64,000 bases of DNA, taken from positions 13,277 through 77,276 of IMG/VR virus record IMGVR_UViG_3300020202_000068. The stretch is one strand, 5' to 3'. The notes beneath the pieces were generated by a model, which saw only the letters and a program-made list of their open reading frames with translations, did no database searches and had not been told where the DNA came from. The translations under genes and the position numbers were made by a program. Shown here piece after piece: positions 36,101 to 46,393 of the stretch. Positions within the stretch are counted from its first letter, which is position 1; the number at the start of each line of letters is the position of its first letter. The DNA comes from a virus.

Positions 36101-36571
36101 TCATGGATTCAATTCTCGCAACCACACGACAACAACCAATCGGCTGATGTTGCAATTGGGGTATTTCTTGGGGTTACTCAGCGACTCCCCCGAGCGGATG
36201 ACCCTGCATACATGCTCGCTCGGATCAGTGCTGTTTACGATTGTAACCGAGAGCCGTTGGTCGGTCAGTCTGCGGCGGACCAGCTCCCGCCAGGCTTGCA
36301 TCTGGTCCCCGGACAGCCGGGCGTCATAGTCGTCCTTCTCGACGAACACGATCCCGCAGGTGTAGCCAATATCCTGGGCCCCGATCACCCCAGCTGCGTA
36401 CTGCTCCCCGAGGTCGTAGATCGTGACCCCACGGAGCGGCTCCCCCTGGATCAGCCAGGAACCACGAACCTGGACCTCCTCGTCTGCCATATTGTCGGGC
36501 TGGAGGTCTTTTATGAGGTCTCGCAGGGCGGCCATCACCTGACCGTGATTGGAGCCAAATGACTCGGCCAT
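36101..36571 (-). CDS. tail terminator/completion protein
   Basis: Size and position between adaptor and tube. Confidence 0.5.
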   Translation of the reverse strand: MAESFGSNHGQVMAALRDLIKDLQPDNMADEEVQVRGSWLIQGEPLRGVTIYDLGEQYAAGVIGAQDIGYTCGIVFVEKDDYDARLSGDQMQAWRELVRRRLTDQRLSVTIVNSTDPSEHVCRVIRSGESLSNPKKYPNCNISRLVVVVWLRELNP

Positions 36572-37767
36572 TAGGGCTGCGTCCCTCCGGTTGTGAGGTC
36601 AGCACTGGCGACAATGTCGGCTAGGTTACTAACCATCTTCCCGCCGGGCTGGGTTTCCTCCATTCGCTGGTCAGCAGCCATTGCCAGGCTCAGGGCCCGC
36701 TCGTACCGGGCCTGCCGCTCTTCGTAGCCCTTCCGGTCGCCTGGGGCGAACTTCGCCTCACAGCCCAGCAGGAAGGCGTTCCGCATAGCTCCGGGCTCGA
36801 TGTCGATCCGGCTGGAGATGCGGTAATTACTTCCCGAGAGGGTGGTGTCGGCGTCTTGTTCGAGGATCAACTCGGTGGCGGAGTTGCGGGTCTTGATCAC
36901 CCGCTGCATGGCGTACGGCTCCAGCCGGTTCTTGTCGATCTCCCCCTGAAAGTCTGTGGGAATCTTTACCGATCCGGTGGCACTGAACCGCATCACGCAC
37001 CCCTCATGGGCAGCGGTGAACGTCGTGCTCGTGCCGGTGACCGTGGCGGAGTCGGCCGTCGTGGCCACCGTCCCGATGCTGTGGTAATCCAGGGTCTTTA
37101 ATGGCTGGGGCCAAAAGAGTCCCAGAGCTTGGTAGGTGATGGCCGAGGCTGGGGCAGGGGCAAAGTGGATGGCCAGTCCCGAAGCATATCGCTCGGACCG
37201 AAACACTGAATACATTCTTGGCGTGCTGGCGGTTCTGGCGATTCGCTGCTCGGCGATAATATCTCCGGGGTCAACGCACTCAACGAGTCTCCCAGGGGAG
37301 GAAGTGTCATAAAGGGAGAGGAGCTTACGAAGGTTATCGGGGAGTTCGTAGGTGTCTCTAGCAAGCGTATAAGACGTTCCCGACGCAATATCTCTCGTCG
37401 GAGCGTCCTTCTCATCCAGAACCACCACCGTCGAACTCGTGCGCGTAGTGATCCCATAACGGTTCCCTGCAATCCAAAGAGCGTATTTCGTCACGTCGCT
37501 GGGCCAGGTCGTGCTGGTCAGCGTCACTGAGCGGGTCGAGGCCGTATAGGCGACCGAGCCGGTCGTCTGCTGGGCTGCTGTGGGGATCGTGATGGGCCGG
37601 TAGTAGTATCGCCAGTTCCGCCGCATGGCGATCTCGGCGTACATCTCCTGCACGGCCCGCGTAGCCATCCGGCGACTACGGGGCGTTGAGTCTCCTGAGA
37701 GCACGGAATCCAGGACGTGATCGACACAATCCTGGACCGTGAGGAGTGGATAATTGATTAGGCTCAT
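36571..37767 (-). CDS. head-tail adaptor protein
   Basis: WRYY, YELPDNLRKL, TPRMY..F.PAP, ARYERAL motifs. Confidence 0.65.
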   Translation of the reverse strand: MSLINYPLLTVQDCVDHVLDSVLSGDSTPRSRRMATRAVQEMYAEIAMRRNWRYYYRPITIPTAAQQTTGSVAYTASTRSVTLTSTTWPSDVTKYALWIAGNRYGITTRTSSTVVVLDEKDAPTRDIASGTSYTLARDTYELPDNLRKLLSLYDTSSPGRLVECVDPGDIIAEQRIARTASTPRMYSVFRSERYASGLAIHFAPAPASAITYQALGLFWPQPLKTLDYHSIGTVATTADSATVTGTSTTFTAAHEGCVMRFSATGSVKIPTDFQGEIDKNRLEPYAMQRVIKTRNSATELILEQDADTTLSGSNYRISSRIDIEPGAMRNAFLLGCEAKFAPGDRKGYEERQARYERALSLAMAADQRMEETQPGGKMVSNLADIVASADLTTGGTQP

Positions 37768-37797
37768 ACGCAGCCCTCCATGGCTGGAGGACTAGGC

Positions 37798-38463
37798 TTA
37801 GAAGCCGAAAATCTCGATCAGGAACTTACCGGCCGTGTAGGTGCCGACCGTACCAGCCGCACCGCACGTCAGATATAGATACTCGGTCGAGAGCGGGACG
37901 GTCGTGGCACCCTTAACCGTGCCGTTCGCCCAGGCCCCACCAGCGGTGATTACCGCCGTCTCGGCCAGCGAAGCGATGCCACCATCGAACACACCCGTGC
38001 CTTCCGTGGCCGAGTAGAGGTCGATGTCGGTGACACCCGTGGCAGGGGCTTCCAGGCAGGTCATCCGTACCGCCAGGATCGTGGTCCCGCATTCGGCCGC
38101 TGTGAGCTTGGCGATGTAAGCCGCCGACCCACCCTGACCGATGATGTCCAGGTCCGTCGTCGAGGACTGAAGGTCCGTGATGTCGATCAGGATCGAAGTG
38201 ACGTACAGATTGCCTTCCCGGCGGAGGCTGTTCTTATAGACCGTCCCGGCACCGCCAGTGACGCCAGCCCCAGCACCGGTGGCCAGGCCGGATGGATTCA
38301 GGACCACGCCAGTAGCGCCCTTGCTGGAATCCAGGACCAGCGCCTTCGAGGCCTCAGCCGTACCAGCCGTAGTCACGTCGTAGATGTCTCGGAACTCTTT
38401 CGAGGCTCCGATACTACCGAGGGCCGAGTTCAGGCGGTTCTTCAGGTTTTGGGAGAAAGACAT
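37798..38463 (-). CDS. virion structural protein
   Basis: TAGTAEASKALVLDS, YTAGKFLIEIFG. Confidence 0.6.
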   Translation of the reverse strand: MSFSQNLKNRLNSALGSIGASKEFRDIYDVTTAGTAEASKALVLDSSKGATGVVLNPSGLATGAGAGVTGGAGTVYKNSLRREGNLYVTSILIDITDLQSSTTDLDIIGQGGSAAYIAKLTAAECGTTILAVRMTCLEAPATGVTDIDLYSATEGTGVFDGGIASLAETAVITAGGAWANGTVKGATTVPLSTEYLYLTCGAAGTVGTYTAGKFLIEIFGF

Positions 38464-38498
38464 CGGGGGGAATCCTTTCCTTGAGGCGATGCTTTGCC

Positions 38499-39185
38499 TT
38501 ATTTGGATGGACCAAAGCGGTCCAGCACTTTCTCGCGAGCCTGTTTCCTGTCCAGACCCTTAAAGGCATCTTTGTCCTTTTGTAGCATCATCCGGCCTTT
38601 TTTACGAATGATGTCGTCGGCTAGCGGGACGGCCGTCTCGTATGGGTCCTCGTCGGGGTCCCGGTGATCGACGGTCACGGCCCCATCGCATTGCCAACCC
38701 CGCTTTTGGCAGAGGTTTTTGATGTAACTCCTTGCCCCTTCGAATGGTACGACCGCTTCTGGGTCAGCCTGGTAGCGGGCCAGCTCGGGCATGTACTCTT
38801 TATTCGTGATGTCAACGCCCTGGGCCGCCAGCTTCTTTTTGATCGTTTCGACGTAGCGGGGGTCAAAGACCTGGTGCCAGGGCTTCCGGCCGGCCCAGAA
38901 GGTGTCGGTGGTCTTAAGGCCGGGAGGGGCGTTGAGACTGAGCATCGTTGCCCAGCGATCCCCGGAGGCCATCTTGTCCTCCCGCCGGACCCGCACATAG
39001 ATCGCCCCCCGGCTAACGTACGACCCGCCCTCTGTGACCATCTCCATGCAGCGGGCTAAGACCTCCGGGCTCACGTCATGAAACTCTTCCATGATCTCTT
39101 CGACCAGGGGCGGGAAGGCCACGAGGTCCGCGTACCCACACCAGTCGGGATTGTCCCGGAAAAACTTCTCCAAATCCATTTCCAT
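38499..39185 (-). CDS. hypothetical protein
   Basis: AAGGAGG SD before ATG 39185 (track start 39293). Confidence 0.6.
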   Translation of the reverse strand: MEMDLEKFFRDNPDWCGYADLVAFPPLVEEIMEEFHDVSPEVLARCMEMVTEGGSYVSRGAIYVRVRREDKMASGDRWATMLSLNAPPGLKTTDTFWAGRKPWHQVFDPRYVETIKKKLAAQGVDITNKEYMPELARYQADPEAVVPFEGARSYIKNLCQKRGWQCDGAVTVDHRDPDEDPYETAVPLADDIIRKKGRMMLQKDKDAFKGLDRKQAREKVLDRFGPSK

Positions 39186-39301
39186 CCTCCTTGCTCGATC
39201 CTTGAGTAAGTAGTGCCTCTGGAAGTCCTCGCCAGTGACTAAAAGTTGAGGTTGTGCCAGAACAAGAGTACCCATAAGTATTCCAGCGACCATTTCACGG
39301 G

Positions 39302-39601
39302 TTACTCCTCTGAGAATGGGATTGGTGGCATGTACGACTGAACGACCTGTTCGCCTCTCGCGGCCCCCATAGCCACGGCCAATCCCCTGTCGATCTCCAT
39401 CTCGGGCTCATCAGCAAGCCGCAGATTGTTCAGGAAATTGGCGTACTGCGAGGCACGGCGATGATGGTCTGGCCCATAAAAGCAAGTCACCATCGCGTTA
39501 TCACGGAGGTACGGTGTATTGACCGGGTGGCACTCCACTCGCGTGCAGCCGCGATATGCCTGGTCAGGCATGACGTTGATTAGGTAATCGCAGTAGTTCA
39601 T
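39302..39601 (-). CDS. hypothetical protein
   Basis: ATGA-coupled to the portal gene. Confidence 0.55.
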   Translation of the reverse strand: MNYCDYLINVMPDQAYRGCTRVECHPVNTPYLRDNAMVTCFYGPDHHRRASQYANFLNNLRLADEPEMEIDRGLAVAMGAARGEQVVQSYMPPIPFSEE

Positions 39602-42600
39602 TTCTTACTCCCTGAGGGTTTCGGCTTGGCTGCGGCTACGGCTTTTGTAGCCTGCACTTTCGCCTGTGTCGTTTGTTTGGTGCTATCCACTTTGGCCTTC
39701 GTGGCCTGCTTGGATTGCTCGATCTTCTGCTGGCCCTGGGCCTTATCGAGCTGCATCTTCTGAGCGCCCTGGGCGAGCTGCTGGCCTCCCTGCGCCTTCT
39801 GGAGCTGAAGCTGCTGCCGTCCCTGAGCAATCTGAAGAGCCCCCTGCTCCTTCGTCACGGCCAGGTCCACCTGACCCTTCTCCTGCTGGAGCTGGAGGTC
39901 CTGCTGATGCTCCTGTTGTTTGAACTGCATGTCAATCTGCTTTTCCTGAATCTTCAGTTCCAGCTCGACACGCTTGGCCTCTAGCTCAGCTTGCAGCTTC
40001 TGCATTTCCATCTGGAGCCGCTGGACTTCAGCCTCCTGCTCCATCTGGAGTTCCTGCTGCTTGAACTGGGCTTCCATTTGAAGCTCGACCATCGGATTGG
40101 CCTGGGCCTCGCCCTGGAGCTTCATGGCCTCGGCCTGGAGCTTCTGAACCTCTGCCTGCTTCATCTGCTGATCCAGCTGGGCGTTCGGATCATTCGGGTC
40201 CTTCTGCGGGAACATGAGTCCGTCCAGCTCCATGTCGTGCAGTTCCGCGAACTTCCGCATGTAGCCGTTGGCCGGCTCGTAATCGCCGGAGAGTTCCCCG
40301 TACTTCTGCACCATTGGCAGGAAGCGGGTCCCGAACTCAGAGAAGTTGTCGATGTCTCGATCCTTGTTTGGCCGGCGGATACTGGCCGCTGCGACCTCGT
40401 ACCTCATCTGCCGCATGATCAGCTCGTGGTCGGCGTTCTCGATGTACTGGGCCCAGAGAGAGGCTCCCGTGCGGCCCATGAGCGGGGCCACGTCCTTGCT
40501 CTTCACGAACATCCAGGCGATCAAGGCCTCGACGCTGGCCACCCGGCTCTGCCACTCCACGACCTTCTTCTGCATGTGCTCGGGACGCACCCCGACCGCT
40601 TGCTTGCGGGCGTTGGTGGTCTCGGCCGTGCGGTCCTGGGTGCCGCCTTCGTTCTGGCCATACACGAACGGGGTCATACCCATCCGCTTATCGAACAAGC
40701 TGTTCAGTAGCTCCAATACCTCCCAGGGGTCCTTATTAATGTCCTTGCCCTCGACGAGCTGGATCATCTTCTTGACATCCTGATCACCGCCGATGGGAAT
40801 CCCGAAGACGCTCATATCGTCGCCGTCTTCGAGCTGCTTCTTCAGCTCGTCGTGGTACTGGCTCATCACGGCCCACATCTGCCGGCTGGATTGCCAGGTG
40901 CGGTTCACGAGCCAGGAGACAATGGCGTTGATCGCCTTTAGCTCACCCAGAGCGGGAGCCAATGGAGGGAGTCCGTATGGACTGTCTGTGTCCTGGTAGA
41001 AGATGAGTCGCTCAACAGGCCATCTATCATCGGTCCAGAGAGGGATAGGCCACTCGAAATGTGATCTAACCTCTTCAGAACTAGCTCCGCTCCTAATTTT
41101 GTCGGATGGGCAGTTGAGTGGGTACGGGCAATCAGGGCAGATCGCAAGGTAGGCGTAATCACCGACGGTTTCCTCCAGCTGATTCTTGAGCATGTCCGGC
41201 ATCCCGGTCATCCGGCTGCCGACACCGCATTTCGACCAGATTTCGTACCAGACCACCAGGTCGTTCGTCTTCCCGCTCTTCCGCTCTCCGGTGGCTTGGC
41301 CTTCCTGGCTCATGGCTTCGGCGTAATGCCAGCCTGACTCTAGGGAGGCCTTGCCTTTGAGAGCGCCTTTAGGGAGCTTGAACTTCCGCTCGACCTGCCA
41401 GTGGGGCTGGATGTGCTTGCGGGCCACCCACTTACACTGTTGGGAGGTCTTGAAGTCAGGGTCGTAGATCAGGTCTTCCGGGGGGCAATGGAAGCAGCCA
41501 GTGAGCTGGAGATCGGAGCCCGGCATCGTATAGGGACCCGGGATCAGGCAGCCCGCCCCCTTGAGCATGGCGTCTAGGACCGCCAGTTCGTTATGGCCCG
41601 AGAGCCCGTCCCCCGGCATTTCCCGGGGCGTGTAGTTCAGCCACTGCTGCATCATGTGCCCGACGATTTTGTCGCTGGCACTTTCCTGGGCAGCTTGCTG
41701 CTGAATGAACTGATAGAGCTGCTGATCGGGGAACAGCTCGGGTGGGATTTCCAGCAGCTTTTTGCTCGTAGCTGTGCGATGCGGTACGTCCCATAAGAGA
41801 TTGGGGCCGAAAACCGCCACATACTCGAAAGCCTTGTTGATATTGATCCGAAAGCGGGGAGCCTTCACTCCCCGCCAGAACTTCTTGGCGTACAGCGGGT
41901 CCCACATGGCAGCCGCTGACTTGCCGTAGAACATGACGCAATTGCCGCTAATTAGCGGCTTGCCGTTGCGGCGTGTGATCAGCGTACCGTTCGGGACGGT
42001 GGCGCAGTACACCATTCCGTCGTACTGCTCCGTGTGGTACTTCAGCTTAATCTCGTCGCCGGTGTGTCGCTTTAGAGAGGCTCGCTTGCCTTCGCTCCAG
42101 GAGGTCACGAGGTAGAGCTTGCCGCTCATCCCGGTCCTGGTTTCGAGGCCTGGGTCGGTGATCGCGTATGGTGCTGGCTGTCTCTCGCTGATCGAGGCGC
42201 TGCGGCCGATCTTGAGCCACAACTCCTGGATGTCATCGGCAAGCTGTTTGCTGGCTGTTCCTGATATGGCATGGCCGTGGCGGACGTGGCCGTCACCGGC
42301 CAGATACCCACGCAGGAACGCGCGGATCACGTTCTGGGGGGAGTCTTTAACCCACTGAGGAACCCGCTTGTCGTAGCAGCTTGTGCCGAACTGGCGAAGG
42401 TATTCGCACAGCTCCTTGCTGGTGAATGTGTACGACTTCATCAGCTTGCTATACGGCGGAGCTGGGAACCCGACCCGCTTTGCCAGCTGCTCGTAATACC
42501 TGCGTCCAGCCGTCTTTTTCTGCGCAATGCCAACTCGATATGGAACGCGAGCTTTCTTCTCGCTCTTTTTCGAGCACCAGCCTTCGGCAATGTAAAAGCC

Positions 42601-43107
42601 AAGCCATTCGGCGAAGTCAGCCGGGTCGGTGTCGCCAACGAAATCAGGCAATCTCGGCTTAGTGCCATGCCAATTGGCTGAGGTCAGCTTTAGTTGCTCG
42701 CTACGGCGAAGGGAGCTGGCTTCCTTCAGGGCGGCCCGCCCGGAGTGTGGCGGGAAAAAGACCATTCGGTGGCCTGGGGTCACCATGGCGTCAAGAGACT
42801 TACCGGCAAAGCGGATCATCTCACCGGCCCTGTGGTGACGGACCAGCCTGGTAGGAACCTGGAACTCGATTGTGTCGGTTTCCAGGTTCACGGTCCCAAG
42901 CGGCTCGTCGCCGGTTAGGTCACTGAAGAGCATCCAGCCGGTGCTGGTGAGCACCTCTGTTTGCTCGTCATGGCATTCATCCGCCACTTCCTTCCACCGC
43001 TTGCGGGCGGGGCAGGTCAGCGCAGACTCCAGCTTGGCTAACCAACCTGTAACAATAGGGCGCAGGAATTCATAATTCCTGTCCTCGAAGGCTGCCAGGT
43101 CTTGCAT
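39598..43107 (-). CDS. portal protein (P22/podo-like, Gln-rich coiled-coil barrel) containing an intein
   Basis: Position after terminase; DLIYDPD, RTAETT motifs; long Q/E/K C-terminal coil; 824 aa after splicing. Confidence 0.85.
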   Translation of the reverse strand: MQDLAAFEDRNYEFLRPIVTGWLAKLESALTCPARKRWKEVADECHDEQTEVLTSTGWMLFSDLTGDEPLGTVNLETDTIEFQVPTRLVRHHRAGEMIRFAGKSLDAMVTPGHRMVFFPPHSGRAALKEASSLRRSEQLKLTSANWHGTKPRLPDFVGDTDPADFAEWLGFYIAEGWCSKKSEKKARVPYRVGIAQKKTAGRRYYEQLAKRVGFPAPPYSKLMKSYTFTSKELCEYLRQFGTSCYDKRVPQWVKDSPQNVIRAFLRGYLAGDGHVRHGHAISGTASKQLADDIQELWLKIGRSASISERQPAPYAITDPGLETRTGMSGKLYLVTSWSEGKRASLKRHTGDEIKLKYHTEQYDGMVYCATVPNGTLITRRNGKPLISGNCVMFYGKSAAAMWDPLYAKKFWRGVKAPRFRININKAFEYVAVFGPNLLWDVPHRTATSKKLLEIPPELFPDQQLYQFIQQQAAQESASDKIVGHMMQQWLNYTPREMPGDGLSGHNELAVLDAMLKGAGCLIPGPYTMPGSDLQLTGCFHCPPEDLIYDPDFKTSQQCKWVARKHIQPHWQVERKFKLPKGALKGKASLESGWHYAEAMSQEGQATGERKSGKTNDLVVWYEIWSKCGVGSRMTGMPDMLKNQLEETVGDYAYLAICPDCPYPLNCPSDKIRSGASSEEVRSHFEWPIPLWTDDRWPVERLIFYQDTDSPYGLPPLAPALGELKAINAIVSWLVNRTWQSSRQMWAVMSQYHDELKKQLEDGDDMSVFGIPIGGDQDVKKMIQLVEGKDINKDPWEVLELLNSLFDKRMGMTPFVYGQNEGGTQDRTAETTNARKQAVGVRPEHMQKKVVEWQSRVASVEALIAWMFVKSKDVAPLMGRTGASLWAQYIENADHELIMRQMRYEVAAASIRRPNKDRDIDNFSEFGTRFLPMVQKYGELSGDYEPANGYMRKFAELHDMELDGLMFPQKDPNDPNAQLDQQMKQAEVQKLQAEAMKLQGEAQANPMVELQMEAQFKQQELQMEQEAEVQRLQMEMQKLQAELEAKRVELELKIQEKQIDMQFKQQEHQQDLQLQQEKGQVDLAVTKEQGALQIAQGRQQLQLQKAQGGQQLAQGAQKMQLDKAQGQQKIEQSKQATKAKVDSTKQTTQAKVQATKAVAAAKPKPSGSKK
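41941..42975 (-). mobile_element. intein with LAGLIDADG homing endonuclease (345 aa)
   Basis: Starts CHDEQTEVLT..GW; block B VTPGHRM; WLGFYIAEG and FLRGYLAGDG; ends VYCATVPNGTLITRRNGKPLISGN, with Cys at +1. Confidence 0.95.
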
Positions 43108-43124
43108 TTAGGCGTCCTTGCCTG

Positions 43125-43592
43125 TTAGGCCGGGGCCGGCAGGATGTCCGGCGGGCGTCGCTTCACCAGGGGAGCGGTCTTTCGCTCCTCCTGCTTCTTC
43201 TTAAACAGGTCCTCGTTCGCTTTGGCGTTTTCCTCGCCAGCCCGAAGGTTGGTTTCCCGTTTAGCGATCTCCGAGCGATGGAGGTCGTAATCCCCATCTT
43301 CGATGTCGCTCTGCCGGACGTAATCCCAGGCCCCGTTGTTGCGGGTTCCGGGGTTCGGCTTCTGGTGAATTTTAGCAGAGACGTGGTACACGCCGGGCCT
43401 GTGCTGGGGAAAGCTGTTGATCGGGAAGACCACCAGCTTCAGCCGCCCGGGCCCTTCGATACCGCTGATCTGGGCCGGAACGGGGTGTTTCAGGTCCCCG
43501 CCCACGTACCAGACCACCTTCTCACCCACCGGGGGAGTCGGCTGGAGGTTCGCTTTGTCCTCCTGAATTTCCTTCCAAGCTACCTCGTTCAT
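43125..43592 (-). CDS. hypothetical protein (PTPPVGEKVVWY SH3-like)
   Basis: RBS hairpin before ATG 43592. Confidence 0.65.
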   Translation of the reverse strand: MNEVAWKEIQEDKANLQPTPPVGEKVVWYVGGDLKHPVPAQISGIEGPGRLKLVVFPINSFPQHRPGVYHVSAKIHQKPNPGTRNNGAWDYVRQSDIEDGDYDLHRSEIAKRETNLRAGEENAKANEDLFKKKQEERKTAPLVKRRPPDILPAPA

Positions 43593-43721
43593 CGGAATCC
43601 TTTCCTGGGGTAACAAAAATAGTGAACGTCATGTCCCCGAACGGCATGTTCAGATCGTAACGCCCGTCAAGGAGCAGCTCCGTGCCGTCTCCTAAATTCT
43701 CATCGAGCCAAATCGCACTCA

Positions 43722-44030
43722 TTACAGGTCAATCCTTGAGAGAAGCTCGCCGACTCGGTCGTTGAGGCGGTCGAGGACGTGATAGGTGTGGTTTAGCTGC
43801 TCGGCCACCTTGCAGCTGGAGCAGTCCCCCTGGGCACCAGGCGGAACCGCCGCTGGCGACGATGGTCGCATGATCGGCTCAAGCCGCGAGAACAGCATCC
43901 CGATCTTGTCGTCCAATGCCGAGGCGGCACTCTCTATTGAGCTAAAGGCGATCGCCACGCCGGAGGCTGGCCGATCCGTCCCGACATGACACATATCTCG
44001 CGTTGGGCTGTCCTGGTATCTCATCTGCAT
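43722..44030 (-). CDS. hypothetical coiled-coil protein
   Basis: AGGGAG SD before ATG 44030. Confidence 0.55.
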   Translation of the reverse strand: MQMRYQDSPTRDMCHVGTDRPASGVAIAFSSIESAASALDDKIGMLFSRLEPIMRPSSPAAVPPGAQGDCSSCKVAEQLNHTYHVLDRLNDRVGELLSRIDL

Positions 44031-44042
44031 TCTCCCTGGCAA

Positions 44043-45839
44043 TTAAACGGCAGCCCCTGGTCCGAAGTGGACGTACTTGCCACCGTTTTCTAGGTTCATT
44101 TGGCTGATCAGGCCCATGGCCGTGTGATAGGCCATGCTGCCTTGTCCTTTGCGGTTCTCAGGGGTGATGTAGGCCGTACCGTCCCGGAAGCGGCCGGCGA
44201 TGTATTCGGCGATGTATTCGACGCACATCACGCAGTCGTTCACTCGTTCGGCCTCACCGTCGTCCGTGGGGACGCTTTCCCCTTCGGCATTCTTGACTTC
44301 CTTCTTACGGAAGCTGCGGACCTCGCTGATCGTCAACGGGCATCGCTGCGAGAAGAGGAGACGTGGCCAGCCCCGTTCCGTGGGCTCCATGAGGTCGCGG
44401 ACCATCCGGCGACGGAGGGCCTTGTCATTGCAGCCCCGCATAAAGCCGTGCTTCGTGACCCGGCTCTCCAAGCCCTTCTTGCGAAACTCTTCCTCATAAG
44501 CCGCGAAGACGGTAGAGTCTGAGCCGACCGAGGTCTGACGACCCACCATCTGATCCATCACAAAGGCCTCGAACTTCAGGTCCCCGACCCGCGAAGCCAC
44601 CACCCCCGCAAACATGGAGGGCGTATGTTTTCTGACGATGATCTCTTCTTCAATGATCAGCCGATTGCCCAGCTCTTTGAATGTCGGGGGCGGGACGACG
44701 CAGACCAGGGCGGCGGTGCGGGTATGGCTCGGGTCGATCACCAGGTAGCGGGTCCAGTTGGCCGGCAATCGGTTCGGGTTTTTAGCCAAGAGCGAGCAGA
44801 TCGCCTTCCAGGCGTTCTCTTCCTGCTCCTTTTCCAGGAACTCCTGCGGCTTCACGATATGCAGGGCCGAGCCGAAGTTGTACATCAACCGCCCGCTAAT
44901 GAACGCACTGATGTCACCCTGGTTACGATGGGCCTCATCGTCGTCGTTATCCATCCGCTCGATCATTTCCTGGAGACCGAGCTTGTCGGAGTAGGGATTA
45001 TCGACGCTGACCAGACGGAAGACTTTGATTGGTGGTTTGTTGGTTTCCTTTTCCCCGCCGGGCTCGTACCGTTTGGCCCGCTCGATGGTTTTGATCAGGG
45101 CTTCATTGGCGACCTGCGGCCACACCGACCACAGGAACCAGCCCCGAGTCGTGGCCAGACGATCCTGCCATTCCTTGAGGTAAGAGCCCTTATCCACGTC
45201 CTCGTCGATCCAGATGCCATCGACGGCGTCTCCCTTCTTCGGGCTGTCCCCGGTGCTGGGATAGGCGCAGATCGTGGCTCCGTTGGTGAGCCGCACGCTC
45301 TTGAAGACGTTGCCGGCCGCACTCTCCATGTGCCAACTCTTGGGCACGATCATGTGCTCGCCAAACAGCGGCGGGGAGAGCTGGCTCTCGTTGTACCGCT
45401 CCCGGTCGAAGTTGGGGTTATAGGCCCGCCACTTCCTGGTGGTCAGGTCCTGGATGATGCGGAAGTTCGCTCCCTCTCCGAGGCCCGGGGCGAAGAGTCG
45501 GTGATAGAGGGTTTGGCCGATATGGTTCACGTCGAACCCAATTACCCAATAAAGGCCCGGGTTCTTTTTGCTGGGAGCCCGAAACCGGAGTGGTATTTGA
45601 GTCCCGTCTTCGCGGGTGATCGGGATGCCGAGAATGCGGCTGGCGAACTCCATCACCACCGCGATGGTCTTGCCCGACCGCTTTCCTCCGATGGTCAGGA
45701 CCTCACTAGCCGACGACTCGTGAACCGGGAGTTGGAACTGGGTCGGTCGATAGACGTGGAGCGGGTGCTGCTCGCGCAGCTCTAGCTCTAGCAAGCCCTT
45801 CTTGATCGTCTGGAGTTCGTATTTATTCGATCCCGGCAT
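44043..45839 (-). CDS. terL: terminase large subunit
   Basis: GGKRSGKT Walker A, GIWIDED Walker B, DNPY, VIDPS RNase-H nuclease, C-terminal ND motif. Confidence 0.92.
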   Translation of the reverse strand: MPGSNKYELQTIKKGLLELELREQHPLHVYRPTQFQLPVHESSASEVLTIGGKRSGKTIAVVMEFASRILGIPITREDGTQIPLRFRAPSKKNPGLYWVIGFDVNHIGQTLYHRLFAPGLGEGANFRIIQDLTTRKWRAYNPNFDRERYNESQLSPPLFGEHMIVPKSWHMESAAGNVFKSVRLTNGATICAYPSTGDSPKKGDAVDGIWIDEDVDKGSYLKEWQDRLATTRGWFLWSVWPQVANEALIKTIERAKRYEPGGEKETNKPPIKVFRLVSVDNPYSDKLGLQEMIERMDNDDDEAHRNQGDISAFISGRLMYNFGSALHIVKPQEFLEKEQEENAWKAICSLLAKNPNRLPANWTRYLVIDPSHTRTAALVCVVPPPTFKELGNRLIIEEEIIVRKHTPSMFAGVVASRVGDLKFEAFVMDQMVGRQTSVGSDSTVFAAYEEEFRKKGLESRVTKHGFMRGCNDKALRRRMVRDLMEPTERGWPRLLFSQRCPLTISEVRSFRKKEVKNAEGESVPTDDGEAERVNDCVMCVEYIAEYIAGRFRDGTAYITPENRKGQGSMAYHTAMGLISQMNLENGGKYVHFGPGAAV

Positions 45840-46393
45840 TAGCCATCTCGTCCGATAATTGAGTGCATAAGCATCATGTGCAGGTCACCATGGCAAACGA
45901 GGCCATGATTTCGATTCCAGCACCGGGGGTACAGGAACGTCGGCCCTCCTGCTGCTTTGTACTTGTCCACGTTCTCGTCACGATCATCGACCAGCAGCCG
46001 AACGGGAGACGCCATAAACTCCTTGGCTGATCCGATCATTAGTCGCTTTGAGAACTCTGGCAGGTTTTTCCTGACCCAATCTCGCTTCCCTTCGACGCAG
46101 CCAGCCGTGGCACAGGGGGCTGTCAGCAGGCAGACGTTGTCAGTGCCAACCGCAGAGTCCAGGACTCCGAGAATGTCCTGGGCATCTGGCATCCAGTCCA
46201 TCGTGCTCCAGAAGTCGTACCCGCATGGGCTCCAGAAATCACTGGCCGACATGCCCCAGATTTTGTCCATCTCGAATAAACCGCGATTCTCTCCATGGAG
46301 AAATGGGTTCGGGCGGTTGTGTAGTTGACAGATGTGTTTCACGAAGTCCGTGAGCACGCCATCCATATCGAGTAATACTTGCTTAATCACCAA
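45839..46393 (-). CDS. HAD-family 5'(3')-deoxyribonucleotidase (NT5C)
   Basis: LLDMDGVLTDF, LLTAP, GK..W, LVDDR..N, WN. Confidence 0.88.
   Translation of the reverse strand: MVIKQVLLDMDGVLTDFVKHICQLHNRPNPFLHGENRGLFEMDKIWGMSASDFWSPCGYDFWSTMDWMPDAQDILGVLDSAVGTDNVCLLTAPCATAGCVEGKRDWVRKNLPEFSKRLMIGSAKEFMASPVRLLVDDRDENVDKYKAAGGPTFLYPRCWNRNHGLVCHGDLHMMLMHSIIGRDG

Noticed and set aside
39598-40200. Gln-rich repeat region as a tandem repeat element or tape measure
   Set aside because: It is the in-frame coiled-coil C-terminus of the portal.
44625-45785. 386 aa plus-strand ORF (also 47383-48105, 39991-40710, 51801-52748, 61055-61870)
   Set aside because: Antisense shadows of well-supported genes in GC-rich DNA; no motifs.
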